From NCBI GenBank assembly GCA_946497955.1, contig CAMMMH010000002.1, positions 22,496-86,495 of the forward strand: a stretch of 64,000 nt of DNA, given 5' to 3'. The notes under the pieces were generated by a model. The model made no database searches. It saw only the letters and a program-made list of their open reading frames with translations, and was not told where the DNA came from. The position numbers and the translations under genes are program-made. Origin of the DNA: an uncultured Mycoplasmatota bacterium. GTDB taxonomy: Bacteria > Bacillota_I > Bacilli_A > RF39 > UBA660. Below, piece by piece: positions 21,101 through 28,700 of this stretch. Position 1 is the first letter of the stretch, and each line of letters begins with the position of its first letter.

Positions 21101-22649
21101 CATAAATAGTATTTTCAATATCAGATTTAATTTTATTAAATTCTTCTATATCTTTTTGTTTAGTACGTTGTTTAGAAAAAAACTCATTTTTTAAATTTTT
21201 ATATCTTGTTTTTAAATAGTTAAGTTTATCAATATCAGTAGTTGTAAAAACATCAGTCATAGTAGAACGAGTAGTATTTAACATATTATATACTACATGA
21301 CTTAAAGCATCAGCAGATTTATTTGATTGAATAAAATCTATTCCGTTTTCAGGTAATACTATCATTGTTTTAATAATCTTAGGATTATTAAGTTGTGTAC
21401 ATAAATAATTAGCAAATATAGGATCTTCAACTGCTCTATCTGCAATAGCAATAAAACCATATAATTCTGGAACTTGCTTACTCATATTAATAATACTATC
21501 AATAAAATCATTAACAGAGTTAAAATTTCCATATTGAACTAATTGAGAAATTACAAAATTAGCTCCCATTGTAGTACGAACTCCTACTTCATTATTAGTA
21601 TCATAAGTATAATTTTTACTTCCTAATTCAGAAGGAGCACTAAGTTTATAAAGAGTATTAAAATATATTTTTAAGTCAGCAGCAACAGCTTTATCGAAAC
21701 TAGACCAAATTTTATCTTCCCAACTTTTAGACATTTCGTCTCTAGACTCTGCATTAGGATTAGTATAATCATTTTCATCTTGATAATTTTCATTAATAAG
21801 TTTATCACTTTCTAAAATATTTTCAAATTCTCTAACGACAGATACAAGTTTTGGGCTATCAAATACTTTAGAAAACCAATCATTTGGATTACTTTTACTT
21901 TGTTCAACTAAATTTAAATAATTTTTTTGTATAGTATTTCCATATTTATTAATTAATCTATATGCCGTATTATATCTTTTTCTTTTAGCTTCAATAAGTT
22001 GTTCTTTTAATTCAATTAATAATTTATTATATTCTTTAATATCTATTGTATTTTTAGTAGTATTTAATTGTTTTATTTTATCCTTTATATCTAAATATTC
22101 ATTATTAGCATTTTTGAAATCTTCTAATTCTTCTCTATTCTTAATAGTAGTATCAGCAGAAATAATTTTATATATAGGAATAGCACATTCTTTCATAAAA
22201 TTATTTTCTATATCTAAAAGTGTTTGATTAATAATTTTTTTTCTATCTAGTTTAATATTACCATCTTTACTTTTTCTTAATTTAGTATAATAATTAATAT
22301 TAACCAATGTTGCAGTATAATCAATAGCAATATATTTAGCATTTACGCTACTAAAACCTTGAAGAGATTCTGCTTGTGCTTTAGCAGCACTTTCAATAAC
22401 ACTTTTATGTTTTTCTTTAAAATATTTACGTAAAATACTTCTAACAGTATTTTGCGGATTATCAGCAATAGATTTAGTAGAATCAAATTTATCATTTTGC
22501 TTACAATAATCAAGAAATTCTTGACTATTAATGTATCCGGCTAATACTGTTGCTTTACGTTTATTAGCACCAGCTACATACTCGACAGTTTTTCTTAATT
22601 TTCCATCAACATCTCCAACAATGTTAAAACCAAATTCAAAACATTCCAT
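9129..22649 (-). CDS. giant virion protein (~4506 aa) containing a putative virion-packaged DNA-dependent RNA polymerase (double-psi beta-barrel type) and C-terminal hydrophobic segments
   Basis: Uninterrupted 13.5-kb ORF. The first ATG is at 22649 (MECFEF...); the track start at 22688 is a TTG. GADFDVDS (nt 17403-17417) resembles the DxDxD metal-binding loop (NADFDGD) of two-barrel RNAPs. crAss-like phages are known to encode such an RNAP in very large virion proteins. Hydrophobic helices lie at about nt 10680-10745 and 9541-9595. Confidence 0.75.
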   Translation of the reverse strand: MECFEFGFNIVGDVDGKLRKTVEYVAGANKRKATVLAGYINSQEFLDYCKQNDKFDSTKSIADNPQNTVRSILRKYFKEKHKSVIESAAKAQAESLQGFSSVNAKYIAIDYTATLVNINYYTKLRKSKDGNIKLDRKKIINQTLLDIENNFMKECAIPIYKIISADTTIKNREELEDFKNANNEYLDIKDKIKQLNTTKNTIDIKEYNKLLIELKEQLIEAKRKRYNTAYRLINKYGNTIQKNYLNLVEQSKSNPNDWFSKVFDSPKLVSVVREFENILESDKLINENYQDENDYTNPNAESRDEMSKSWEDKIWSSFDKAVAADLKIYFNTLYKLSAPSELGSKNYTYDTNNEVGVRTTMGANFVISQLVQYGNFNSVNDFIDSIINMSKQVPELYGFIAIADRAVEDPIFANYLCTQLNNPKIIKTMIVLPENGIDFIQSNKSADALSHVVYNMLNTTRSTMTDVFTTTDIDKLNYLKTRYKNLKNEFFSKQRTKQKDIEEFNKIKSDIENTIYDILKKYYPKLTIVSLKGYLYNNTNTVKDNIDSIIDNLNEFLDKIETTIEEYNKADQAYKTAYYEWSQDKLHFEQSDPYKSFTKEAPIRDMSEVKYDRLNSPIIKIAKKLVNYMAVKNDLNSVNAEGNLGSDIINNNYITNIMRQIAYGNKKDSNAGLQRLLEEITKGEQYKYTPLFWGVKDNKGHYVSEGLFMRDNMGNVKVNPNARKIIQISLFNGIKDSDNSKAVLYNRMSKGDYFLTNLYTYLTPISIGENIGESSIILSEKYAGYFMRTPSDAPKNFIVQAPKLNSTNILSPVYSSVVKYINSVKSKIEKFGIKTENKDKYVDWRNEYILDSSIVNKKNIWTAKDIYNLLNGNIDNIQYNSMYSVNNEDGTVSIPIIYSSKGETDIIWIKGDKVQGETNNILYNISIEDITGNNENNMSDNFYDEISEIITQEGIEKEEIETTINKSVPIFLGIHQNLLNELNTFIDQLNNLFIKDSKGNWTLRKDTVGLIDRAHYNKTLIKTEEKIINGKKVEVKRLSGNFFSFRKLFNTDGVNVQELIEQQLSLYREFNEGLIQLTEKSGTINMNNNLVREENDRLVLNLTNEINSVLDNITEQWIKGFNKETIRRSQQYRKLIESAPKTISYEQIFDCMLNYANISMSFDDIFEGDVKFYKDAQDFLKRAKEVQAAGKSYAGFDINDSLSQKIKDVIDRNGKVQPITVAGVNIQEFLRAYSPVEGTNDYYTSQNARNGFRAITINNTVGPSKYADRIRKEIFDILKEKMSEEQATKIAQQIYSGFKSDTKTNDAQSYITLEEFIRRRYADGTLNQYQDILSQIYAIRKGEKTIEDLDLAKINARIQIQKNFYFDKQFDTATKTYYPRQIKNAEFVLIPELLEGTQLKQLYDIMIKYDIGQVNTAETSKAAKKNVLTFWDNNGDINPNFESDIIANNYAAIEDYYYRFLYKQQEVPEHMKDETNKAGIQIMKKIIDNADKKDKELTDNIKQFFDNYCANIKDDFKKMIFNMGWKINKNGSISNIDGDKETLDFTDFYSRARHEAQRLGLDSNFIDYITPDNLGNPIMPNYMNNVSSKLESIAQAIFNSNITRQKLPGWHAAQVTQVGHGMKVLDSNGKLRELKYHPAIITNNENGEIIEEDIYNNLSNEEKSKYTVKQEAYAEVLIPRWSNLIPKNYPVEQLEKEGLDIQIAYRIPTEGKQSVSIIKVVGFLDDVYGSTIMLPDEWVTQTGADFDVDSVYAICHELYAVRNKNGDIIDVKKWTEQSVGSDIAKYKYYIRENIENKIPSDIDDDLKPNKYKELKKRLNIAIKNKDYAEINKIGKEAGLLTFNEFKNLDDIEKLPRKVRNNNILDAMIKIMAHKNSREENYSRSNFDDITDAMKEMNSARGASSLSRSTYNLFDQIDFMENAMSGASLKAFSVTRDTFNSVNNYVESELGKGHEIIVEYDLTLKDNDGNFIYDYDTITSAYTLYDPKTKTGDVIPLDKNGKLSAKKEDTVKLRIKHYKLANSNNNRNAVGRLITVYSSETTAHILDAIKEGAIYNENEFTFGTFKTLIDTGIDYRTAIAFLMQPSISIINEVNNETNSIYINSGGNVIKNAIKRIATNAGFTLGGNPITDYTDYNTVMLLLNTDKRFQQAVKELFGAEIDNNNPIQNITFSLDVNKLKNRLESVEIINNSELSKEDKQIRDAAFDIAMALTFEKIYNTTKSLEKIMRCSNPDRFGAKQTIRATRMIKDNISEYGFNTSNPVYDVVKVGNINLLEAIYPGFNSKEGIKVEKSKYPYLAAFFKYATEPSIDINSVLFPTENKKYTNITNFVQQKLGIIFTDEQYKEYKQYMMSHLYSSIPYINTALTVTQEGWINIDNEATLRHTKNNENYWNKEISRIYGYEKSIGISLSIKDIYDPNKDELEEFNKLTPAQKVLWIQTNLTDEKGIFEYLNVNIDNQYEYKNKGYSQDSIRFNDSIDNIEEVYRAFNASFFNTSPIIRLATVDLIKYAFAVEGFKFKKGALSKIITNNAMYKNIEDMGMNIIPVIRELFQFYNNPIDNATTSFIDKFIRSHSEYVKTIRLGKSETKYGISNLAYKFDTYSQGKSLVFIPFEERAKDLLTEINVSDPNSSQEYIRINKTIGKNKRKTVLYKIRKTNNGIYLIPLNLLERNETGDFSVNPTNNQYPNIEFYNNLINAAIDLNTTAKEILKDGSGIQEIENDYQEHIIPKFKFSRIREILENKDEFRRILNNGKNVEKDEVNKFISHINDYIKSPVEERGAYIVVRSNSKFINSQIPKGVSVIQNIPIGDDIITVSITKVKQPKNFAASINSRNELDITEIPIEYRDAYKNAFEGYAAFSTYYKVEILTNENVREQVEQQTEERNSEIAPDMAAITSDITDFYVKQNENLDGVDRIANSMITYLKRAERQGDPNAIRAIRIINMKQINEHNSKDLINNRKSIYSIMAQYMELNSNILDNAIKHYKIDDEEYSLGDDKLYNILREHKEEVEPIIKILLDSITFGNAFGEIMSLPFEGIDSDTTNYIKRIRNSINKIRNNEIVKQGFKKMFNNYIANEYSTNPNIRIGIVNLNDTFGDSGWWESWIGDTAMISNKQIQVIVKIVNNIMTRAMMIDAPKRKQQFLDKLDAILNAIGDFDWKNIIDSKGRLIRSYSDKYIIDRDNLINTVKEARDTYGEDSIEYIKAKLKRDEWYAKNTEQIVISDYYKRKNELIRIVINNAPNEYVEYMKLIHELYNDNRPTGILTKEERDRRKEINKKINQLISEYRDTSTLKSQEEIFRANQLRTFIEEKRKLDKEYFDWTEAYGFKEALENNLKIINRFEKNNPNMPLDERLKDESYREAYEWVKDNSYYILDETANKAIEKAFDLLKDKDNVKSKKIRNIIDKAMAYDDFGNIDPRKLSDKDLETIRNLTKHKYDFSYDSNAGEAILIKDIPSGLPILEDSFYRMLRDPSENEEGINRRRLKIIGKINELLSKCIGDDGRIHAKDIFSKLTEKEREELAESYRALKSIKGKRKSKELREKFKNNVEFKNNDAAFNEEYVWALTNLKGTKNFDTFIDIFVQIDASGEIQLDEKGNYIPNSDIYGYIVPKDDTYINLEKTEARKLIEENLDFVPTEYYYDALHKATENGTFNEWFKLNHVYNPYKHKWEPLRIWTTMKVNPNGTLKETYSYVPTNENQEKDVKAEYVNPNYRQYGTNYNMSTGEYNNFTKLSEKEKQVRELLQETMNFFSKYNPNNSFIDQGFIPRKRKIETDTKWFIKQALGSVGLEYRNDSDDKWGDKIDYTNDELVENDMLHLLKGKGYQKLEPIRSKGEDETVEEYQKYLKDVKERNDEIRRKNLEIDNALMSSDYRTIFAEAIQQQVINNAKNKAKNWLYLLQEDLRNNEAYKVSKLTGRLINDRKGSTDTNERFITTKQNRSLESVEAFTRRIIFDQFKEKNKLNKYADLARNITSAKYMIFNVTGGIANVGTGFVNIMGEAFAGDNFNKKDLLDAVNMYLTNSISMITDAYKEKSNNFAVALTKYFNVVDFTAMTERIDGETAGEYTRRVRNALYSLQSGGEHFMQNSVLFAVLKTSRIFDDVDGTKRCGTFQNYIWKLEYDTLVSIIKDDELLLDDLRELKRQIKTDKQEEYKYDTFKRNIVEEFLRAHCSKQQIQEYITKRNEAIKKAKEKWNKKPIAINQLELTKDGNIKIADNSELTEEMLIELRNTTIALNKKIHGVYDKIGAARIEFSWWGGLVMQYHKHLYPGIMKRFRWKGYYNEQTNTVEIGSYAAIVRLLGREFVGIKDRIDKRVDSGESKAIVSVQETIKSALDVIINIRTNWNLMPQWERNACKRALGDLYGVVSAMLMGIAIYAMTDDDDEKESELIATAIYLSDRLLLESQIYTPWGLISEGSTLWSSPIAATNGPEDLFKGITFLAQWLLDEDFDPTYKTGLYAGENKGWVLLKRNIPLYRVIDRLSSMTENNSYYRINEKSLNMKITKTIADEINPD
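14326..14339 (-). repeat. GC-rich motif copy (- strand TCCCCTGTAGAGGA, preceded by ATTAAA)
   Basis: Inside the giant ORF, encoding KSPVEE. Confidence 0.8.
18936..18950 (-). repeat. GC-rich motif copy, one mismatch (- strand TCCCCTGTAGAAGGA)
   Basis: Inside the giant ORF, encoding YSPVEG. Confidence 0.65.
19443..19457 (+). repeat. GC-rich motif copy TTCCCTGTAGAGGGA (preceded by GTTAAA)
   Basis: Inside the giant ORF in antisense, encoding LSLYREF, a different frame from the other antisense copies. Confidence 0.8.
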
Positions 22650-22692
22650 AACTTTATTAATATTTATATGTATAAAAATAACCGCCAAATAA

Positions 22693-22700
22693 CAAAGCTA
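22693..22700 (-). promoter_or_regulatory. Bacteroidota-type -7 box TAGCTTTG overlapping the AGCT palindrome upstream of the giant RNAP-containing gene
   Basis: The - strand reads AGCTAAAAATAGCTTTG. It matches TAnnTTTG exactly and lies ~43 nt upstream of the ATG at 22649. Confidence 0.4.
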
Positions 22701-22709
22701 TTTTTAGCT
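22696..22709. promoter_or_regulatory. AGCTAWWWWTAGCT palindrome (AGCTATTTTTAGCT)
   Basis: Exact copy in the 92-nt spacer, 46 nt upstream of the ATG at 22649. Confidence 0.6.
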
Positions 22710-22741
22710 CTGTATTTGACGGTTTTAATTGGCTGACCTAT

Positions 22742-25700
22742 TTATCGGCAAGCGTATTTTAATTCGCCATTTTGAAGCATTTTAGCTATAATCGGCTTAT
22801 CTTGCTCGCTAAACATATTCAAATAGTCTGCCATGTTAGTGATACGAGTAACGCCGAAAGTTTCAGCAGTAGCATTACCGTCATTAGCTACATGGTCTAA
22901 TATATATTCTTCAGCAGAAGTAGTAGAAGAAAGTCTTTCATCATCTGTATCTAATTCTATATCTAATAAATCATCATCTTCTTTATTATTAGTATCATTA
23001 GTATCATTAAATTCATCATTAAAAGCTTCTGGATTATCTTCATCAAATTCTTGTGTTTCATCAATATCTGTATCTTGCTTAATTTCTTCAGTAATATTTT
23101 CTTCATTTTTAGTAATATCTTCTCCAGCATCATCTTTAATATTATCTTTAGCTTTTCTATTTGTTTCAGTAATATTTATATTATTATTTATATTTCCTAA
23201 AATAAGATATTGTTTTGCAAATATAGTATTATTTTTGACATTATTACTACCTTTTCCAAATAATTTTAATAATAAGTCAATTATTTTTTGCCATATAGAT
23301 TTAGTTTCATTAGAAATACCTTCAACGATTACTTCTTCTTTATCATACCTAGTATTATTAAGAAAATTCATTAAAGTAGGTTGAGTTAATGTTTCAACTA
23401 ACCATTCTTCAGCAAATATTCTTCTACGTTCTTCTTTAGTCATTTCAGCATATTGTGCATTTTTATCTGCTGTAAATTTAGTAAAATATTCAGTAGGATT
23501 AAATTTATTACTTTCTATCCATTGCCTTACAATAACAGCGTTTTTATATTCTGCACTATCTTCATTGGCAGTTTTAATTATATTATCAATAGCTTCTATT
23601 GTAGCATAATAAGTATCAAATAAATCATCAACTAATCCTTCTCTATCAAATAAATTTTGTTTACTTATTTTATCATGTAGATTTTCATGTATTAATAATC
23701 TTTTTAAAGTAAAAGGAGAACTATTAGCATAACTAGCACCTGCATTTCCAAAGAAAATTTTTCCATTTCTAAATACGGCATATTCTTTAGTTAATTTATT
23801 ATCATATCCATATTCTTTAGGAATTAAAGAAATACCATAAATATTAGTTCCACTTAGAAATTCTATTTCATCTTGAGGAATAGTAGCTTGTTTTAATAAA
23901 TCTTTTGAAGAATTAAATTTTTCTTTAGTAGCAGTTTTAATAGTATCAGCGATAGATTGATATTCTCCCTCTACAGGGGATAAATTAGATTTAGGTTTTT
24001 CAAGTACAGAAACATCGACATATAATGAATTAATTTTATCAGTATTACTAAAATATCCTCCATATTCATTTCTTCCTTGAGTAGTATTAAAAGCGTTTTC
24101 TCGTAAAACAAAATCTCCAAAATTTTCATAAACAGTTTTAATACCACCAAGTTCTATAACAAATTTTCCATTTTCTTTATACATATATGGATTATCTGAA
24201 GTATTATCTTTTTCAATATTATTTAAAGTATAAAATGTTCTATTATATACAACATTGTTAACTATTTCTTCAGCTATTTTTTCAATAAACTTTTTATTAA
24301 CAGAAATTGAACCAATAGTTTTATTAATATCTCCATTAGGTATATAACTTATTCCTGTTCCTAATTCATTACTATCTTTTTTAAATTTATTTATAACTAG
24401 TGCATATTTACCTAATTTTCCTCCAGTATTAAGAATAATTCTATTTCCATGATGAATAACACTATAACCTTGAAATATAGTAGGATTATTAATGCCAGGT
24501 CCATTAAATAAAGAAGATAGTTTTTTATCTACTTCTTCATAAGTATATCGTTTTTCTTGAAATCCTGTAATTATATCAATTATTTCATCTTTTAATTGTT
24601 TTTTAATTCCATCTTGTAATTTATTTGAACTAGTAAATAATACTAAAATAGGTGTATCTTCTCTACCTCCAATTAGCATTCCCATTGTTCCAATTTTAAA
24701 AGGAGCAAAAGTACTAATAGCTTTTTTAGTACCTTCATTTATAAGAACAGAATTATTTTGATCATTAATAACTCCTACTATTGGATTTTTATCAAAAGTT
24801 AAACCTATTTCAGATATACCATGTTCTTCTTCATCAATTAATGTTTTAACATCACTAGAATCTCCTATTCCATAAGTACTAGATAAACCTGCAAATTTAG
24901 TAATTATTTTTTTATTAGTATCTAATGCAGTTTGTATTCGATGAGTATTTTTAAAATTATTAAAAGCATTTTTAATCCATTGATTATAACTTTCTCTATA
25001 TTCTATACCAAGTTGTGCTAAAGGATTATAAAATACAATATTTTCTAATTTATTAATAATAAATTTAACTTTTTGTCTATCAGTAACATATTTATCAACA
25101 ACTTTTTTAGTTCTTTCATCATATTTTTTAGGTAATATAATTACTTTATCTTCTAATGCTTTTTTAATAGCTGGGTGATTTATAAATTTATCTATTTCTT
25201 CATCAGTTATTGATTTACTACCAGGATTAATATTATAAACATGTTCTTTATGAATAATACTCCAAAGAACATCTTCTTGGTCTAATATAGCATCAAATAA
25301 TTCATCTGTATTAGAAGAATATCCATTTTCAGTTTTAGATATATTATAAGCTATTCCTCCACTATAAGGACTAATAAAAACTTTATAACCAGTATTAGTT
25401 TTATTAGGAAATACTACAGATATATATCCTATTTCTTTACCTTTTACTTTAAAACTAATAGAATTAATATTTCCATTTCTATCTGGTAAATATTCTACTT
25501 CTACATCTTCATTTCCAGTTAATCCTGCTATTAATCGCTCATATTCTTCAGTACGTTTAGTTATAGGAGAAATATGCATATAATTATCTAATTGCACTTC
25601 CTGTAATTTAGCATTAGTAATACTATTAAAAAATTCACTAGGATTATTTAAAATAGCTGTTAAACTTCTACGAGAAGTAAATACATATTTAGTATTAATA

Positions 25701-28700
25701 GGATTATTAATATAATCTTTCATATTCCATAAAATATGTAATGCTGTATCTATATCAATTCCTATTTCTTCATTATATATAATATCATTAAATAGCTTAT
25801 CAAGATTAATTATAACTTTTTGTCCAGCAGGAGTAGAAATTTGTTTATATTCTTTATATGCCTCTAGAAAATTATCAATAATACTATCTAATTCTGATTC
25901 AGGAATACTTCTAGTTATTGCTGCCATATCTTTAGTCATATCTTGCATAGTAGCAATACTATCAGCTAATTGTTTAAATTTTTCAGCTCTACTATCTTTT
26001 CTAGAAGATAAACGTCTACTAATTGTATTAAGAGCAACTCTTACACCTCGTCTAGCAGCGGCAGGAGCAAATCCAACACTTACTCCTTTTTCTTCAATAG
26101 CTTCAGTAACCATCGAAATAATTCGTTGTACTTCAGGACTAGATATATCTTTATCTAAAGCGTCATTAAATAAATTTCTAGATGTTCTAAAAATATCAAA
26201 AGTTATAGTACTAGCCATTCCAACAGCTTCTTCATCAACACTAATATTATATGCTTCTGCTAATTTTTCGGCATCTTTTTTTGCAGCTTCATCAAATTGT
26301 TCAATATCTTCTGGAGTAATAACTTTTAATAACTTTTCTTCTTCAGATAATTCAGAATTATTTTCATTATCCACATTTGTTTTTGTTAAATTCCCTGTAG
26401 AGGGAGATGATTCTTTATCACCAGAATTAGTTTCAGTATTTTCTGTAATATTAGATATAGTTTTTATATCTTTTTTTATAGTTTCAGCTTTACTTTCTGA
26501 TACTTTTTTTCCATCTACAATAACTTCTTTTTCTTCTTTTTCTCTTTTTTTACGTTTTTGTTGTTCTTCTCTAACTGTTGCTATAATACTTTTAGTATAT
26601 GCATCTGTACTATAATATCCGATTTTTAAAATATCTAATTCATTTTTAAGTTCTTCTACTTTTCCAGACATAATATCTTCAATAGCTTGCTCAAGATTAT
26701 CTTGTTTTATAATATAATCTTCAACTTTTTTAGCAGCATTATTAAGTCTATCTTGAGTTAATCGATCAACTTGTTGAGATATTTCATTAATTCTATCAAT
26801 ATAATCTTGTTGATTTTTTGGTAATATATATTCTTGATAAGAATAAGCATCATCTAATCCTATTTGTTTATCAATAAATTCTTTAGTAGCATTTGTTATT
26901 TCTCCTTCTTCTTGAGAATTAATAATAGTTTCAATATCATTTAAAATATTATTAACTTCTGATGAAATATTTATTCCACTATTTTTAAATAAATTATTAA
27001 TTTGTTTCGTTATTTCTGTACTAAATAAATTATTATTTAAAAGATTAATTAAACTTTTTCTTCTATTATTATAATCTTTTTCATATTGATTTTTTGCTTG
27101 TTCAGTAATATTATGATTACGATAATCTTCATACATACTTTGCTCCATTCTATCAATTTGAGCAAGTTGTTTTTTAACATAATCTTTTAATGCTTTTCTT
27201 TTATAATCATTTATTACATTAATATCAGAAGTATTAATTTCATTTATTTTATCCTTTAATAATTGTCTTCTTTCATCAATTTCTTTTAAATATAATTGTT
27301 CTCTAGTAATTTCTCTAGCTGCTATTCTAGCTACAGATTCGTTTTCAACTTCTGTATTTTTTAAAATATTATATAAAGCAGTTTCATAATTATTATATAT
27401 TTCTTTACTTTTTTCTAATAATTGTTGATCAAATTGTTTATTTCCAATAGTTAAATTAAGACCAGTTTCTTTAAAATATTGTTGAAATTCTGGACTAGAA
27501 ATATAATCTATAAGTAAATTATAATTACCAGCATCAATTGCACTCATAGTAATTGCAGAAACATAATCATTTACTAATTTTGCTTTTTTAATTTCTGCTT
27601 CTTCTGGAGTAAGAGATTTATTAAGTTCAACTCCATCTTCTTTAATAATTTTACCTGTAATAGGATCAGTTTTATATTCATCTGGGTCTTTTAAATCTTC
27701 TAGTAATTTCATACTATCAACAAATTTTTTATTGATAGCAGCTCTTCCTTTAATTTCTTCAGATCTAATTTTTTCTTCAGCTGTCATATTTAAAGCAAAA
27801 TCTTCATCACTTATTTTTCCTTTTTTATGTTTATATTTTGCTTCAGCTTTTCTATATATATTACCTAATGCAGCTCCTCCTTTTTGAAAAGCTACTCCCC
27901 CAAGTACTCCCCAAAATGCTTGTTCCCATATTGCAGAATCAGATAAATAATTACCAATAGTACGAGGAGTATAATTAGGGTCGAGTATCATTTCAGCAAC
28001 TTCTTTTCCTTTTTCAGTTTGAATACCTTGATATCCTTCTTCTATACCTTCTGACCATTCTATTCCTGAAATTACACTTAAAGGATTCTTAAAACCTTCT
28101 TTTATTAATTCAATTCTATTATTTAACCAAGAAGAATTTTTAGCATTTTTAGTAGCAGTTTCTTCAGCTTTTCCAACAAGGTTTTTAATTGCTTTTTTAT
28201 TTTCACTTCTTAATTTAGATGTTGGAGTTTTTTTAGTAACTCCTTTCCAAAGACTACCAATAGCTTTAAATTGAGCAATATCCATTAATAGCATTGCATA
28301 ATCATTAACAAATGTTTTATCAGCAGATTCTCCAGCAATATAATTAGCTATTTCATCTAAACTTTTATCTTTAAATTGAGGATTTCTTTCAATTAATTCA
28401 TCTAATTCTTCTCCAGACATAGATTGAAGTTTGGCTAAAGTATTATCTTTAACTTCATTCCAAACTCCTCTAGCTTCCATATAATTTTCAATAGTTCTAG
28501 AAACAAAAGCATTTCCTACTATTTCAGAACTAAGTTTAATAGTTTTATCTAATCTTTCTACAGAAGGTGCTTTGCCAGAAATAAATTTAGAAGTATTTCT
28601 AGCTAATTTTGCTATTCCTCTAGTAGTATAATTAGCAGCATTATTTATAGCTCTAATTTTACCTAAAAGACTAATTCCTTTAGTAACTCCTAAAGTTGGC

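Noticed and set aside
22833-23384. 183-aa + strand ORF (Ser/Leu-rich), antisense to the 2172-aa gene
   Set aside because: It lies opposite the D/E/N-rich acidic tail, where GAT/GAA/AAT codons give a stop-free complement. The product is low-complexity, there are no start signals, and it is fully nested in a far better gene.
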